A DNA stretch of 63,662 bases, filler included, from Chlamydiales bacterium (GCA_016213235.1; 5 parts of 5 records of this genome joined end to end with filler, not necessarily neighbours in it), one strand, 5' to 3'. Counted from the first letter of the whole stretch, positions 9,334 to 20,576 are shown. Made by a program: numbers and translations. Notes: generated by a model not told the origin, from the sequence alone.

Positions 9334-9381
9334 AAAAAAAATTGCAACCATCTAACAATAAGAATGTTAGATGGTTGCAAT
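9334..9381 (-). terminator. Rho-independent terminator of ileS
   Basis: Perfect 17-bp inverted repeat attgcaaccatctaaca (9341-9357) / tgttagatggttgcaat (9365-9381), followed by a T-run on the minus strand. Confidence 0.9.
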
Positions 9382-9410
9382 AAAAAGTTTTAAAATATTC
9401 CTAAAAATGG

Positions 9411-10577
9411 CTAATTGGCAACTTCTATTTTGATAATAGTCTGCTCTCCATTGATGTCCCAACCGGCGCCATCTTGACACTTATCAAAGATGATATGGGT
9501 TGCTAAAACCTCATTTGCGATATAGTCTTGATAAGTTGCAAAACACTCCATTACCATCGGCGTTGTCTGAATGGTGATATTAATTCTATCTGTTACTGAA
9601 AAATCACAGTTTCTTCTCATGGTATTGATTTTATTCACAATCTCTCGAGCCATACCCTCTTTAATGAGTTCTTCATTCAATCCGGTATCAAGAGCAATAG
9701 TGACTTCTCCATCTACTGCAGCAATAATGTTTTCTCTCGCTTTTCGATCAATGATTACATCTTCCAGTGTAACGATAATAGAATGACCTTCCACTATAAT
9801 ATCAATAGGTTCTTTGCTAAGAAGTTTCTGAATAGTCTCTGCAGGAAGATGTTCTATTTTTTCTTTTACCAAAGGCATCAATTTCCCTACTTTTTTACCA
9901 AGAACAGGGAAATTTGGTTTCACATTGATTTCTACAAATTTTGTCTCATCTTTGCTATAACTAACTTCTTTGACATTGAGTTCATCAGCAATGAGTTTCT
10001 CATGAGATTCGAGTGCTTTTAACACTAATTCTTTATTACAAACAATAAAGGCTTTTCCAAGAGGCTGTCTAACTTTAAGATTATTTTCTTTTCTTAAAGA
10101 ATGTCCCAGATTAACCACTTTTTGCGTTAGATCCATTTCTTGTTCTAATTTAGTATTTCTTAAATTGCGATCATATTGAGGATAATCACAAAGATGAACA
10201 GATTCTTCTTCATTTTTTGTTTTCATTTCTAAATAGATATTTTCAGAAAGAAAAGGGACAAAGGGAGCCGCTACTTTTACGAGTGTTTTAAGCACTTGAT
10301 ATAATGTAGAAAAAGCCTGTCTTCTATCTACCGAATCTACATCAGACCAAAATCTGGCTCTGGAGCGTCTAATATACCAGTTTGTAAGCTGGTCTATAAA
10401 ACTCACAAATGGATCGATAGCACGATTGAGTAAAAACTTATCCATACCTTGTTCTACATCATGAACAAGAGCTTGTAGTTTCGATAAAATCCAGCGATCA
10501 ATATCAGAGGAGGGTTTTTCTATTTTTTTAGGGCTCCACTCATAAATATTGGCATAAGTAGCAAAAAAGACATAAGC
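9411..10577 (-). CDS. ileS: Isoleucyl-tRNA synthetase, C-terminal part (truncated at contig join)
   Basis: LTNWYIRRSR, APFVPFLSE, KVRQPL, ELNVK and EGMAREIVNKINTMRR: type-2 IleRS anticodon-binding and C-terminal domains. Confidence 0.95.
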   Translation of the reverse strand, partial: AYVFFATYANIYEWSPKKIEKPSSDIDRWILSKLQALVHDVEQGMDKFLLNRAIDPFVSFIDQLTNWYIRRSRARFWSDVDSVDRRQAFSTLYQVLKTLVKVAAPFVPFLSENIYLEMKTKNEEESVHLCDYPQYDRNLRNTKLEQEMDLTQKVVNLGHSLRKENNLKVRQPLGKAFIVCNKELVLKALESHEKLIADELNVKEVSYSKDETKFVEINVKPNFPVLGKKVGKLMPLVKEKIEHLPAETIQKLLSKEPIDIIVEGHSIIVTLEDVIIDRKARENIIAAVDGEVTIALDTGLNEELIKEGMAREIVNKINTMRRNCDFSVTDRINITIQTTPMVMECFATYQDYIANEVLATHIIFDKCQDGAGWDINGEQTIIKIEVAN

Positions 10578-10677
10578 NNNNNNNNNNNNNNNNNNNNNNN
10601 NNNNNNNNNNNNNNNNNNNNNTTAATTAATTAANNNNNNNNNNNNNNNNNNNNNNNNNNNNNNNNNNNNNNNNNNNN
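10578..10677. other. Artificial contig-join linker
   Basis: N-run with TTAATTAATTAA (stops in all six frames) in the centre. Confidence 0.97.
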
Positions 10678-11850
10678 GCATCGTAGATTCCAATTTCCTT
10701 ATCTTCTATGTAGAGAAAATAAAATTGAGAACAAAGTTTCCCCTGTTTCCAGATCTCTTTTGAAAGTCTTCTGCCATTTAGATCATAAGTATATTTTGCA
10801 ATTGATTCATTTCTTTTAACTTCAATGAGACGATCCATCGCATCATAACTATACTCTGTCGTATGATAGGGAGTTGTTTTTTTGATCAGATTTCCATTTT
10901 CATCATAAGAGCATTGAATTTGTTTATAGGATAATAATTCATTACGTTCATTCACTGTAGCTTTGATGGGATTCCCCAGAGAATCATACTCCGTATCAAT
11001 AATGAGTTGTCCCAGCAAATCCATATCATAAATCTTGACACTTTCATCTCGTTGTAATGAAATTTGACGATTTTCTTCGTCTATGCAGATCGATTCAAAA
11101 GAAAAAGGAGTTTTAATGGAACAACAGGAAAAATCCTCATTTATTTGATAAGAGATTTCCCCAAGATCATCAATTAATTGCTGCTCATAAACGATACCGT
11201 TTTCATCTTGTTGCTCATACTTATGCTGATAAAGCAACGTTCCCTCTTCAGAAAATCGCTTTACTTTTTCCAGATATTCCCCTTCATAATCATATCGAAT
11301 AGTTCCGTGATGTAATATCCGGGTCTCAGTGATTCGATCCTGCTCATCATAATTGATTTGAATCTCCTGATTGTTTGGGAACATTTCTTTGATCAATCGA
11401 ATGATCGGTTGCACTGGTTTCAATCAAACGTCCCTCTTCATCGTAGTTATAAGAAATCGTAATTCCTTTGGCATTCATTACAGAAGAGAGTTGTCCACCC
11501 TCTCTAAAATTGTAAAAAGTCGTTTGAGGCTTATCGGTGCCTACGCCTAAAATTCTTTTGGTGATTTGTCCCTGCTTATTTTTCTCATAGTAGCTGACAG
11601 CTTTATATCTAACTTTCCCTTGATGATATGCATAATCTATAATTGTAAAATTCTGACCTGTATAGGAAATTTCTTCCTTGGCAAGTATCTGAGATCCATC
11701 TTGGATTTCCTTTTTCAGGATACGGCCATACTCATCTTTTTCTATGATGCAGGTAACATCGCTTGCAAGCATGGTGACTTCTTGTGTTGTTTCAGAACAA
11801 GCAAAACGTGCGACTACGATAAATAGAAATAAACAAAAAACACGCATCAA
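10678..11850 (-). pseudogene. RHS/YD-repeat protein, split by frameshift or internal deletion near 11400 and truncated at contig end
   Basis: Two overlapping ORFs with YD repeats (YNYDEEGRL, YDENGNL, YSYDAMDRL, YTYDLNGRRLSK); signal peptide on the first ORF. Confidence 0.75.
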
Positions 11851-11969
11851 GATCTCCTACAAAAGGAAAAGCGGCCATCGTAACCAAATTATAAATTTTA
11901 TTTAAAGATAAAAAGCTAGCCACTGCTGCTGCAGAAAGTTAAAAACAATAAAAACCCTTCTATTTGATT

Positions 11970-13736
11970 CTAGCCATTAGATGGTATTGGCTGATCAGGA
12001 AGAAAACCACCAGCTTGCATTTTCCACATGTGAGCGTAGTGTCCTTTTTTGTTCAATAACTCCAGGTGAGATCCCTCCTCAAGGATCTTTCCTTGATCAA
12101 AGACTAAAATCCGATCCATTTTGGAAAGAGTAGATAAGCGATGAGCCACTACGATCGTTGTACGATTTGCCATGAGCTTTTCTAAGCTATCCTGAATATA
12201 TTTTTCTGTGACCGAATCAAGAGATGAGGTCGCTTCATCCAGGATGAGAATCGGCGCCTTTAACAGCATAGCTCGTGCAATAGCAATTCTTTGTTTTTCA
12301 CCGCCGGAAAGTTTTGTCCCTCTCTCTCCAACGAGAGAGCTATAGCCGTTAGAACATTTTTTGATAAATTCATCACAATGGGCTAATTTTGCCGCCTCAA
12401 TCACCTCTTGCTCGGAAGCTTCTACTCGTCCATAGCGGATATTGTCTTTAAGAGATCTGTGGAAAAGGATCGGATCTTGAGGAATAAGCGCTATATGTTG
12501 GCGAATAGATTCCAACGTCACATGAGCTATATCTTGTCCATCGATTAAAATTCTTCCTTTTTCTACCGGAAAAAACCGGAGTATCAAATTAACAAAGGTC
12601 GATTTTCCTGCACCGGAATAACCAACAAGTCCCACTTTTTCTCCAGCATCAATTCGTAGATTTTTATTCTGAAAAATCTTTTTCTCTCCATAGCAAAAAG
12701 AGACATTCTCAAAGATGATTTCTCCTTGTTTTATGGAGAGATCTACGGCATGTGGAGTATCTAGAAGATCCTCTGGATCTTGCATGATAAAAAGAGCCTG
12801 TTTTGCAATGCCAAGAGATTTGAAAAATTCAGGAGCTTGAGAAGTAACAAACCAAATAACCATGCTCAAGTTCCACATTGTATAAAAAAGTTGTACTACC
12901 TCCCCTGTAGAAATCTTGCCGTGCATCCAATAAACAATCATGAACCAAGTCAGAGTAAAAAATTCTATAACAAAAGCAGAGGATAGAAAAGTAAACATTT
13001 TCACAGAATATGTTTGTGCCAGCCGGTTTGCTTTTTGCTCATCTTTTTGATATGCAGCAATATAATCCTTTTCAAAACGGAAACGGAAAAAGAGATTTAC
13101 CACAAAATTGTTAGTTAAGCTATCGACGATTTTACCGACAAGTATACTTCTGGATTCTCCATGGAGATAGGAATAATGTGCACATTTTAGAGTGAAAATC
13201 CAGCAAAGGATAAAATGGACCATAATCCAAATGGTAACAATCAGTGCAAGGAGAGGATTCATCTGTGAAAAAATAACAATCGTCAATATGCCGGTGAGAA
13301 AAGCAGGGTTAAAGAGTGTCAAAACATTTCGCAAGATGATGGTGATCATGGAGACCATGTCGCCAATTTTATTCGCAAGGCTTCCTGCAAAATGTTCGTT
13401 AAAATATTTTGGTGAGTGGTGTTGAACATGATCGAACATCGTCATGCGGATATCTGCTTCCAGTTTGGGGAAAGCGCGCGCTTCTAAAAGGTCTCTTAAA
13501 CGAAATGCCACATCAACAAATATGAAAGAACCAGCTCCCCACATCAGAAGAATTTTTAACAAAGGCCAGGCACGAGCGCGATCGACATCATATTGCATTA
13601 AAACATCAACAATCTTTCCAAGGAAAAACGGCCAAAACAGCGCATCGAACGTCCAGACCAATGCAAGAAGCAATACGATTGTAAATGTCCAGCGTTGTTT
13701 TCGTACAAATTTCCAAATAAAATCAATTAAATGCAT
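11970..13736 (-). CDS. ABC exporter, fused permease/ATP-binding (MsbA/MdlB-like)
   Basis: Multi-TM N-terminal domain; Walker A GYSGAGKS, signature LSGGEKQR, Walker B ILDEATS, AHRLST. Confidence 0.95.
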   Translation of the reverse strand: MHLIDFIWKFVRKQRWTFTIVLLLALVWTFDALFWPFFLGKIVDVLMQYDVDRARAWPLLKILLMWGAGSFIFVDVAFRLRDLLEARAFPKLEADIRMTMFDHVQHHSPKYFNEHFAGSLANKIGDMVSMITIILRNVLTLFNPAFLTGILTIVIFSQMNPLLALIVTIWIMVHFILCWIFTLKCAHYSYLHGESRSILVGKIVDSLTNNFVVNLFFRFRFEKDYIAAYQKDEQKANRLAQTYSVKMFTFLSSAFVIEFFTLTWFMIVYWMHGKISTGEVVQLFYTMWNLSMVIWFVTSQAPEFFKSLGIAKQALFIMQDPEDLLDTPHAVDLSIKQGEIIFENVSFCYGEKKIFQNKNLRIDAGEKVGLVGYSGAGKSTFVNLILRFFPVEKGRILIDGQDIAHVTLESIRQHIALIPQDPILFHRSLKDNIRYGRVEASEQEVIEAAKLAHCDEFIKKCSNGYSSLVGERGTKLSGGEKQRIAIARAMLLKAPILILDEATSSLDSVTEKYIQDSLEKLMANRTTIVVAHRLSTLSKMDRILVFDQGKILEEGSHLELLNKKGHYAHMWKMQAGGFLPDQPIPSNG

Positions 13737-13772
13737 AGATATTGATGTTGTTCCAATTTCTTGACTAACTTG

Positions 13773-15479
13773 CTAGATAGATTCTTTTGCAAAAGCGATA
13801 GCATCTTTTAGATGAGCAAAAATATGTTTCTCGCCAACAATATCAAGTAATTTATATTTTTTCATGTAACGTAAAACAGGCTTTGTTGCACCTACAATCA
13901 CCAACTGGGTATTATCTTTCCTTGATTGATGATAAAAATCTTGCAGAGCATGCATACCACTTGCATCAATCATGGGAACATCTTCCATTACCAAGATAAA
14001 GACTTTGGGAGGTCGCTCTAAATTTGCGAGTACATTTTTTAAACTATCTGCAACACCAAAGAAAAAAGGACCTGTGATCTCATATATTTCTACAGAAGAT
14101 GGTAGCTGTTGTTTTAACTCAAGCCAGTTAGGACGCACCATATTGCTGCTATATTCCTGCTCCAAACGATCAATAGATCCAACTTTTGTCATATCTTTCA
14201 TTTTCTTCATGAAAAGAAATGCTGCTAAAATCATACCTATTTGAACTGCAACAGTAAGATCAACTAAAACAGTTAAGAAAAATGTTGTAAGCAATACGAC
14301 TACATCCCCTTTCGGAGCTTTCATTAAATGCACAAAGTGGTGCAATTCACTCATATTCCATGCAACAACAACTAGCACCGCAGAAAGACATGCGAGCGGT
14401 ATTTTACTAACGACAGGGCCACAAAAGAGCATAATTACGAGCAATGTGATTGCATGGATCATTCCTGCAAGTGGTGTTTTAGCTCCTACTTTGATATTGG
14501 TAGCAGTACGAGCAATAGCTCCTGTAGCGGGAATTCCTCCAAACAATACAGAGCAGATATTTGCTATTCCTTGTCCCATCAACTCACAATTTGATTTATG
14601 TCTTGTACTAGCAAGACCGTCTGCTACAACTGCAGAAAGCAGCGACTCTACTCCTGCCAAAAATGCTATCGTGATAGCGTCCGGTAGTAAAAGATGGATA
14701 CTGGTAAAAGAAGAGAACGAAGGCCATGTTGGCCTAGGAAATGATCCTTTAATTTCCCCAAAACGGGAAAATATTGTTTCTATCTCCAAATGAAGAGCAG
14801 TAGATACTGTTGTCATGATAACAACAGAAATAATTCCCCATGGTAAAAAAGGAAAGTATTTTCTGATAATTAAAATTAAAATAAGAGTGCCTAGCGCTAT
14901 CAAAAATGTTTGCAAGTGCATGCTTGGCAATGCAGACAGCATTATGCTCCATTTTGGTATGAAGGAAGCAGGGAGATTGCTTATCTGCAGTCCCAGGAAA
15001 TTTTTGACCTGTGAGGAAAAAATAATAACTGCGATACCGGTAGTAAATCCTGTAATCAATGGGTAAGGAATATATTTAATTAAACTACCCAGTTTAGAAA
15101 AAGCAGCTATTAGTAAAATAACACCTGCTATCAGAGTTACGACAACAAGGTACTCATACCCTCCTCTTGTTACTATATCATAAATAATAACAACAAAAGC
15201 ACCGGTTGGGCCTCCAATTTGGAGCCTACTACCACCTAGCAGAGAAATCAAAAAGCCGGCAATGATCGCAGTATATAATCCTTGCTCTGGCGACACTCCT
15301 GAAGCAATAGCAAAGGCCATCGCAAGTGGAAGAGCAACGACTCCTACCGTAACACCTGCAATAAGATCTGATTTAAATAAAAAAAGAGAATAGTTCCTAA
15401 AAACAAAGAAGAACGACTTTGGTATAAATTCTTCAATATATAACCAATATTTGCTCATTTTTTTCCTATCATCACGCAT
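13773..15479 (-). CDS. SulP/SLC26 family anion transporter with STAS domain
   Basis: DLIAGVTVGVVALPLAMAFAIASG, GGPTGAF, ATGAIART, GPFFFG, DASG. Confidence 0.95.
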   Translation of the reverse strand: MRDDRKKMSKYWLYIEEFIPKSFFFVFRNYSLFLFKSDLIAGVTVGVVALPLAMAFAIASGVSPEQGLYTAIIAGFLISLLGGSRLQIGGPTGAFVVIIYDIVTRGGYEYLVVVTLIAGVILLIAAFSKLGSLIKYIPYPLITGFTTGIAVIIFSSQVKNFLGLQISNLPASFIPKWSIMLSALPSMHLQTFLIALGTLILILIIRKYFPFLPWGIISVVIMTTVSTALHLEIETIFSRFGEIKGSFPRPTWPSFSSFTSIHLLLPDAITIAFLAGVESLLSAVVADGLASTRHKSNCELMGQGIANICSVLFGGIPATGAIARTATNIKVGAKTPLAGMIHAITLLVIMLFCGPVVSKIPLACLSAVLVVVAWNMSELHHFVHLMKAPKGDVVVLLTTFFLTVLVDLTVAVQIGMILAAFLFMKKMKDMTKVGSIDRLEQEYSSNMVRPNWLELKQQLPSSVEIYEITGPFFFGVADSLKNVLANLERPPKVFILVMEDVPMIDASGMHALQDFYHQSRKDNTQLVIVGATKPVLRYMKKYKLLDIVGEKHIFAHLKDAIAFAKESI

Positions 15480-16476
15480 TTTCTACATAGGACGAATGTG
15501 GTGTTGCCTCTTCCTTATATTTTTTTTCTTTCAAGAAAAACGATAAAATCAGCGCTAGTACAAGTCCTATAGGTAATACACCTAAAGCTATTTTATAATC
15601 ATGTACGGAGTAAACAGGAATACCACCTTCTATTTTTCCAGCCCATCCAAGTACTAGGAACCATCCAATAATTGGTTGTACGCCCGATTCCAGTAAAGAA
15701 ATAACCCCATTTGTAAAAGCAACTGCAGTTCCTTTTGTTTTTGGTGTGTTGATTTCAATTGCATAGCTGAAATGGAGTAATTCTGCAGAAGAAAACAATC
15801 CAACTAGCAATAGTAGAGTATACACTAAAACGGGAGGAAGATGAGGTATGTAAATAACGCTAAATAGACAAAGCAGAGTGAAAAAAATCGCGGTTGATAT
15901 GATGGGTTTTCTTTTCTTTAATAAATCTGAAATAAGTCCTGTTAATGGGCCACCAATTAACCATCCAACAAAGACCATCGACATGGCAAAACTGGCACTT
16001 TGCTTTGACCATCCATAACTTGCTTGTAAAAAGGAAGTTCCCCAAAGACCCCCGAATGTAGAAGTAGACAGATAGAAAAGGGAAGCTACGATACTATTTA
16101 ACCAAGAATAGGGGTTTTTACATACATTTTTGATTAAGTTCCAAAGTGACCGTGATTGGGAATCTTGTTTTACATCTTGTTCATCATCATGGAAATAAAA
16201 CAAAAAGATACCAAAAGCAAGGAGGACTCCAAAAAAACCTAAGAATTCAATTACTGTTCTCCAATTAAAATAGTGGATCATGACACTAAGAGGGCCACCA
16301 CCTGCTACGGCACCTAGCATACCAATGGAATTAGCAAGACCAATTACAAGGGCGCGTTTATGCTGTGGAAATAAATGAGAACAAATAAACACCATTCCCA
16401 CAAAGGCAAAGGCAGATCCTAGTCCTATTAACAATCTTCCTATACCTGCTAAAACAATATGATTGGAAAGACCAAA
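15472..16476 (-). CDS. MFS transporter (5' end lost at contig join)
   Basis: Multiple TM helices; GRLLIGLGSAFAF and GGPLTGLISD...KRK motif-A-like loop. Confidence 0.88.
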   Translation of the reverse strand, partial: FGLSNHIVLAGIGRLLIGLGSAFAFVGMVFICSHLFPQHKRALVIGLANSIGMLGAVAGGGPLSVMIHYFNWRTVIEFLGFFGVLLAFGIFLFYFHDDEQDVKQDSQSRSLWNLIKNVCKNPYSWLNSIVASLFYLSTSTFGGLWGTSFLQASYGWSKQSASFAMSMVFVGWLIGGPLTGLISDLLKKRKPIISTAIFFTLLCLFSVIYIPHLPPVLVYTLLLLVGLFSSAELLHFSYAIEINTPKTKGTAVAFTNGVISLLESGVQPIIGWFLVLGWAGKIEGGIPVYSVHDYKIALGVLPIGLVLALILSFFLKEKKYKEEATPHSSYVENA

Positions 16477-16576
16477 NNNNNNNNNNNNNNNNNNNNNNNN
16501 NNNNNNNNNNNNNNNNNNNNTTAATTAATTAANNNNNNNNNNNNNNNNNNNNNNNNNNNNNNNNNNNNNNNNNNNN
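16477..16576. other. Artificial contig-join linker
   Basis: N-run with central TTAATTAATTAA. Confidence 0.97.
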
Positions 16577-16978
16577 AATGCTGCACCCACTATCAATGGT
16601 AGTGCAAGGACCGATGGTGACATTTTTTCCTATTTTTACATTGCTTGCAATTACTGCAGCAGAATGAATGCCAGATAAAGAACTCTTTTTTAGTTTGTCT
16701 TGATAAAATAGTTCTGCAATTTGTTGAAAACAAGAGGAAGGATTGTCTGAAACAAGATAATTCTTTCCCTCCGTTAATTTTGTTTTTTTATCAATACAAA
16801 TAAGCCCAGCTTGAGAGGATCGCATCATATCTTCATATCGTGGATTTGCAAGAAATGATACATCACTAGACCCTGCATTTTCTAAATCATCGATGTCAAA
16901 AAGCAGATGATTCTTAGCTCCGACTAAAGCAGATTGTGTAATATTGGCTAATTCTGCTGCAGTAAATTGTTTAGCCAT
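16577..16978 (-). CDS. lpxD: UDP-3-O-(3-hydroxyacyl)glucosamine N-acyltransferase, N-terminal part
   Basis: SFLANPRY N-domain, then hexapeptide repeats IHSAAVIASNVKIGKNVTIGP; follows skp. Confidence 0.93.
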
Positions 16979-17588
16979 GATTCATTACTCCACCTTGGAG
17001 AAGTTGTTTTGGATCACCCATCATCACATTAGTGTTTGGCAGTTTTCCCTCTTTTTCTGCTATTTCAAAATCTTTATCCATTTGAGAGATAACAGATTTA
17101 GTAATATCTAGAGTCGGGTCATAATAAAATGCTGCCTCTTTGTTAATTACTATTGGGATTTTTTTGTTTTTTGCTACAGCTTCAGAAGCATGATTGATTT
17201 GCATTGCAATGGATTGAATAATCCTCATATTCGCCTGCTGTAATATTTGGTAGTACTGGCTTTGATAGCGGTTTAATTCTTCGCTAAGAGCTTGAAACTT
17301 CATTCTGAGCTCTTGCTCTCCATTAGGAGATAAACTATCTATATAATCTTGATCTTGAAGCTTAGAAGCAACATCATTTAATTGTTTTTCCGCATCATCA
17401 AGTATAGCATGTAGTTGCTTTCTTAATGATTCAAAGCTCTCTTGTTCTCTTTTTCCATACTTGGATTCTTGTACACAAGAGGCAAAATCTACAATAGCTG
17501 TGTCTTGTTTTGCAATTGCACTGTAGCCAAGTGAACTAGAGCTGATAGCAAGACCTAATAATATATATCTGATTTGTTTTATTTTCAT
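16971..17588 (-). CDS. skp: OmpH/Skp periplasmic chaperone
   Basis: Signal peptide, AIVDF...SKYGK, coiled coil, DIT motif; lies between bamA and lpxD. Confidence 0.92.
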   Translation of the reverse strand: MKIKQIRYILLGLAISSSSLGYSAIAKQDTAIVDFASCVQESKYGKREQESFESLRKQLHAILDDAEKQLNDVASKLQDQDYIDSLSPNGEQELRMKFQALSEELNRYQSQYYQILQQANMRIIQSIAMQINHASEAVAKNKKIPIVINKEAAFYYDPTLDITKSVISQMDKDFEIAEKEGKLPNTNVMMGDPKQLLQGGVMNHG

Positions 17589-17607
17589 AAAATTTCCTTA
17601 TAAAGGT

Positions 17608-20043
17608 TTAAAATTGTCCCCCCATGGAGAAGAAGAAAGGTTGTTTATCACTTCCCTGCTCTGAATTCAGTGCCCAACCATAACCAAATGTCATTGGAAG
17701 ACGGTTGCCAACATTAACTCTTAGTCCAACACCAACGCTAGTGCGGAACGTATCAACATCAAATTGATTAAGCGATATAGAACCGGCATCAAAAAATACA
17801 AAGGCATCAATTGGCGCAATGATGTTTTGCATGTATTCTGCAGAAAAGAGTATCGAAGATGCTCCACCTGTAGGATCTCTCTGGTCTTCTGATGTATTGT
17901 GCTGTTGACCGGGAGGTAAAAGTTTCCCCTTCCCATTGATCTGTCCAAAATTGGGACCGATAATAGCGGTTTTATATCCACGCACGGTTGCCTCGCCACC
18001 AAGATAAAAACGCTCGTTTGTAGGAAGTAGAATAGGTAGTCCTTGTCCAAGTGTTTCTAAAAATCGTCCATCTGCTTTGAGTTTGAATGTTCCCTTTCTC
18101 CATACAGGATAATAATAGGAATTCAAAAAACCAAACTTCAGGAAAGGAAAAGCTTTTTGGGTGTCATCATGCCTTCTTACCCCTGCAATCTCTGCTTCTA
18201 AAGTAGTACGGAAACCTCGATGTGGTTTTAGAGGGTTATCGGTAGAATCATAGCTAATGTAGTTGTTAATGCCGGTAACAATACCACTGTTCTTTTCTTG
18301 TTTTTGAGCCTCGATGCTAGATGCATTGTTTACATGGATAATGGAGTTTCTGAGCCTATAAGACCATCCATAAGTCCAGTAAACCGTTACGGGATAAGAT
18401 GCATATATAGTACCCCCAATGGATTTCCATTTAAAGTCTTGTGACTGTACAGTAGAAATTCCATAGTTAAGATCAAATCCAACTCTCCAAAGAGTATTGT
18501 TAAAATAGGGGGTTAACCAAGAAATTTGATAGTTGGACTGTTTTTTACCAACTGATATTTTTGCTTGAGCAAATTCTCCACCACCTCTTAAAGAAGAAAA
18601 CCCATCTTTCCAAAATTTAAGAAGCCCTTTGTGGTTAAAATTGTTTTCTGTGATATCAATACCACCGAAAATACTGTCGGTAGAGCTAAGTCCAAAAAAT
18701 AAGCTAAGACTTCCGGTTAGTGTTTCTTCTACTTCAATGATTACATCTCGATATTCAGGTCCAAGGGCTACATCGTCTGGATTTCTGATAGCATAGACGT
18801 TTACCGACTTAAAATAGCCGATGTTTTGGAGTCTTTGTTGTGTTGCTTTTAACTTGCGCTGATCAAAAACCTCTCCAGGAACAAGTAAGGATTCATTTAA
18901 TATAACCGATTTATCTGTTGTTATGTTTCCAAGTACTCGAATGATCCCAATTTTATATTGGATCGATTCATCAATATGAAATTGAACATTGTAAATGGGG
19001 CCTGATTGAAGCAATATCTGATCGTATTGCACGTTTGTTTCTATATATCCCTTTTCACCATACAGATCTTTAATGTTTTCTGCAGATTGACGAAGCTGCT
19101 CAGGGGAGTACTTGTCTCCCTGTTTAAATGTCACTTGTTTTTCTATGTCTTCTAATGAATAGATATGATTGCCTGCAAAGGAAACTTCCCCAAAGTGGTA
19201 TAGTTTTCCTTTTACCGTTTTAATGCACAAAACAATCTTATCTTGAGCGGGATCGTCTTTGGTTGTGATAGAGACGTGAGCATCTGCATAACCCTGATTT
19301 TGTAAATAGTTGACAATGGTTAGTTTGTCTTGCTCCACTTTATCATCTTCGTAAATACCATTTCCTGTTAGCCAGCTGGTAAAAAGACTATATTTTTTTG
19401 TCAGTATCATATGGAGTAGATCGGATTTTTCTTCATCAGAAAAACCGGTGAATTCGATATCTCCAATATGTGCAGATCTTCCCTCTTGGATTTGAACCAC
19501 AATATCCACTTCATTGGAAGATGCAATAGGAACTAGTTTATAGCTAAGTTGTGCTTCAAAATATCCCTTTTTAACATAAAGCTCTCTAACTTTATTAAAG
19601 GCTTTATTGAACTCTTTTTGGCTAAAAAGTGTATGAGGTTCAATTGCTAGCTCTTTTTGTAGTTTTTTTGTAGCAAGTTTGCTGTTGCCTTCCCACTTAA
19701 TATTACGAATAAATGGTTTTTCCCAAAGCCTGATTGTAATGAATACTTGTCCATTATCTACTATTAGCGAAGGATCAACTCGTTCATAATCTTCTGATAG
19801 TTTTTTCAAATCCTGGTCAAATGTAATTTGCGAAAATGGGTCTCCCTGCTTCGTTTTCAAACTAGATAAGATGTATTGTGAATCAAAGAGTTGATCATCT
19901 TTCGCAGTCTCTAGTTTTATCTTAATGCTAGCTACTTCTTTATGATCAAAAACTTCCAGTTGGGAAGGGGCCGCAAATCCTATTGTAATAGGTTGAGTTA
20001 GCAGAGCAGTTGCACATGCAATAGATAGAAGATTTCTTTTCAT
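17608..20043 (-). CDS. bamA: Outer membrane protein assembly factor BamA (Omp85/YaeT)
   Basis: POTRA repeats, FYLGGEATVRGY motif, C-terminal FFFSMGGQF. Confidence 0.97.
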   Translation of the reverse strand: MKRNLLSIACATALLTQPITIGFAAPSQLEVFDHKEVASIKIKLETAKDDQLFDSQYILSSLKTKQGDPFSQITFDQDLKKLSEDYERVDPSLIVDNGQVFITIRLWEKPFIRNIKWEGNSKLATKKLQKELAIEPHTLFSQKEFNKAFNKVRELYVKKGYFEAQLSYKLVPIASSNEVDIVVQIQEGRSAHIGDIEFTGFSDEEKSDLLHMILTKKYSLFTSWLTGNGIYEDDKVEQDKLTIVNYLQNQGYADAHVSITTKDDPAQDKIVLCIKTVKGKLYHFGEVSFAGNHIYSLEDIEKQVTFKQGDKYSPEQLRQSAENIKDLYGEKGYIETNVQYDQILLQSGPIYNVQFHIDESIQYKIGIIRVLGNITTDKSVILNESLLVPGEVFDQRKLKATQQRLQNIGYFKSVNVYAIRNPDDVALGPEYRDVIIEVEETLTGSLSLFFGLSSTDSIFGGIDITENNFNHKGLLKFWKDGFSSLRGGGEFAQAKISVGKKQSNYQISWLTPYFNNTLWRVGFDLNYGISTVQSQDFKWKSIGGTIYASYPVTVYWTYGWSYRLRNSIIHVNNASSIEAQKQEKNSGIVTGINNYISYDSTDNPLKPHRGFRTTLEAEIAGVRRHDDTQKAFPFLKFGFLNSYYYPVWRKGTFKLKADGRFLETLGQGLPILLPTNERFYLGGEATVRGYKTAIIGPNFGQINGKGKLLPPGQQHNTSEDQRDPTGGASSILFSAEYMQNIIAPIDAFVFFDAGSISLNQFDVDTFRTSVGVGLRVNVGNRLPMTFGYGWALNSEQGSDKQPFFFSMGGQF

Positions 20044-20216
20044 TTCGTAATCGCTTTATCTTAATAGAGTAAGTAAAGTTAACAGATTATATGTTACCAA
20101 GTGGATTAATGCAAAACGATTTTCTTTTCTCTGATAAATGGCTTATATTTTAAAAAATTAAGGCAGCGAAAAACAGATGAAAAAGGAGTTTCAAGAAAGA
20201 TAGAAATTACGTTCTC

Positions 20217-20576
20217 TTAGGTAATAAGAATCTCTGTTAATTTCTGCTGCACTTTATGTTGATCACATTCTGAAAGATAGCCTAATCGGCCGAGGATCAA
20301 TCGATGATCAAGAGTAAATAGTTTAAATCGGATAAGAGAAGGGCTGGGCAGTCCTGAAAGAGAAAGATTTTCAATCACGATATCTGCAGGCCAAGGATCT
20401 TGAAATGGTTTTATGGAAGTGATCATTGTCATGATGCTTAATCCGATTTTCTCGTTAAAATATTTGGCTGATGACAGAATAAGAGCGGGTCTTATCTTTG
20501 ATTGTTTTACATCTGTAAAAGGAAAAGGAACTTTTACAACTTCATAACGATCATAAGTTTTTGTAGGCTTGTTCAT
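20217..20576 (-). CDS. Type II toxin, PemK/MazF family endoribonuclease
   Basis: VVKVPFPFTD...KIRPALILS...MITS...GLPSPSLIR. Confidence 0.9.
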   Translation of the reverse strand: MNKPTKTYDRYEVVKVPFPFTDVKQSKIRPALILSSAKYFNEKIGLSIMTMITSIKPFQDPWPADIVIENLSLSGLPSPSLIRFKLFTLDHRLILGRLGYLSECDQHKVQQKLTEILIT

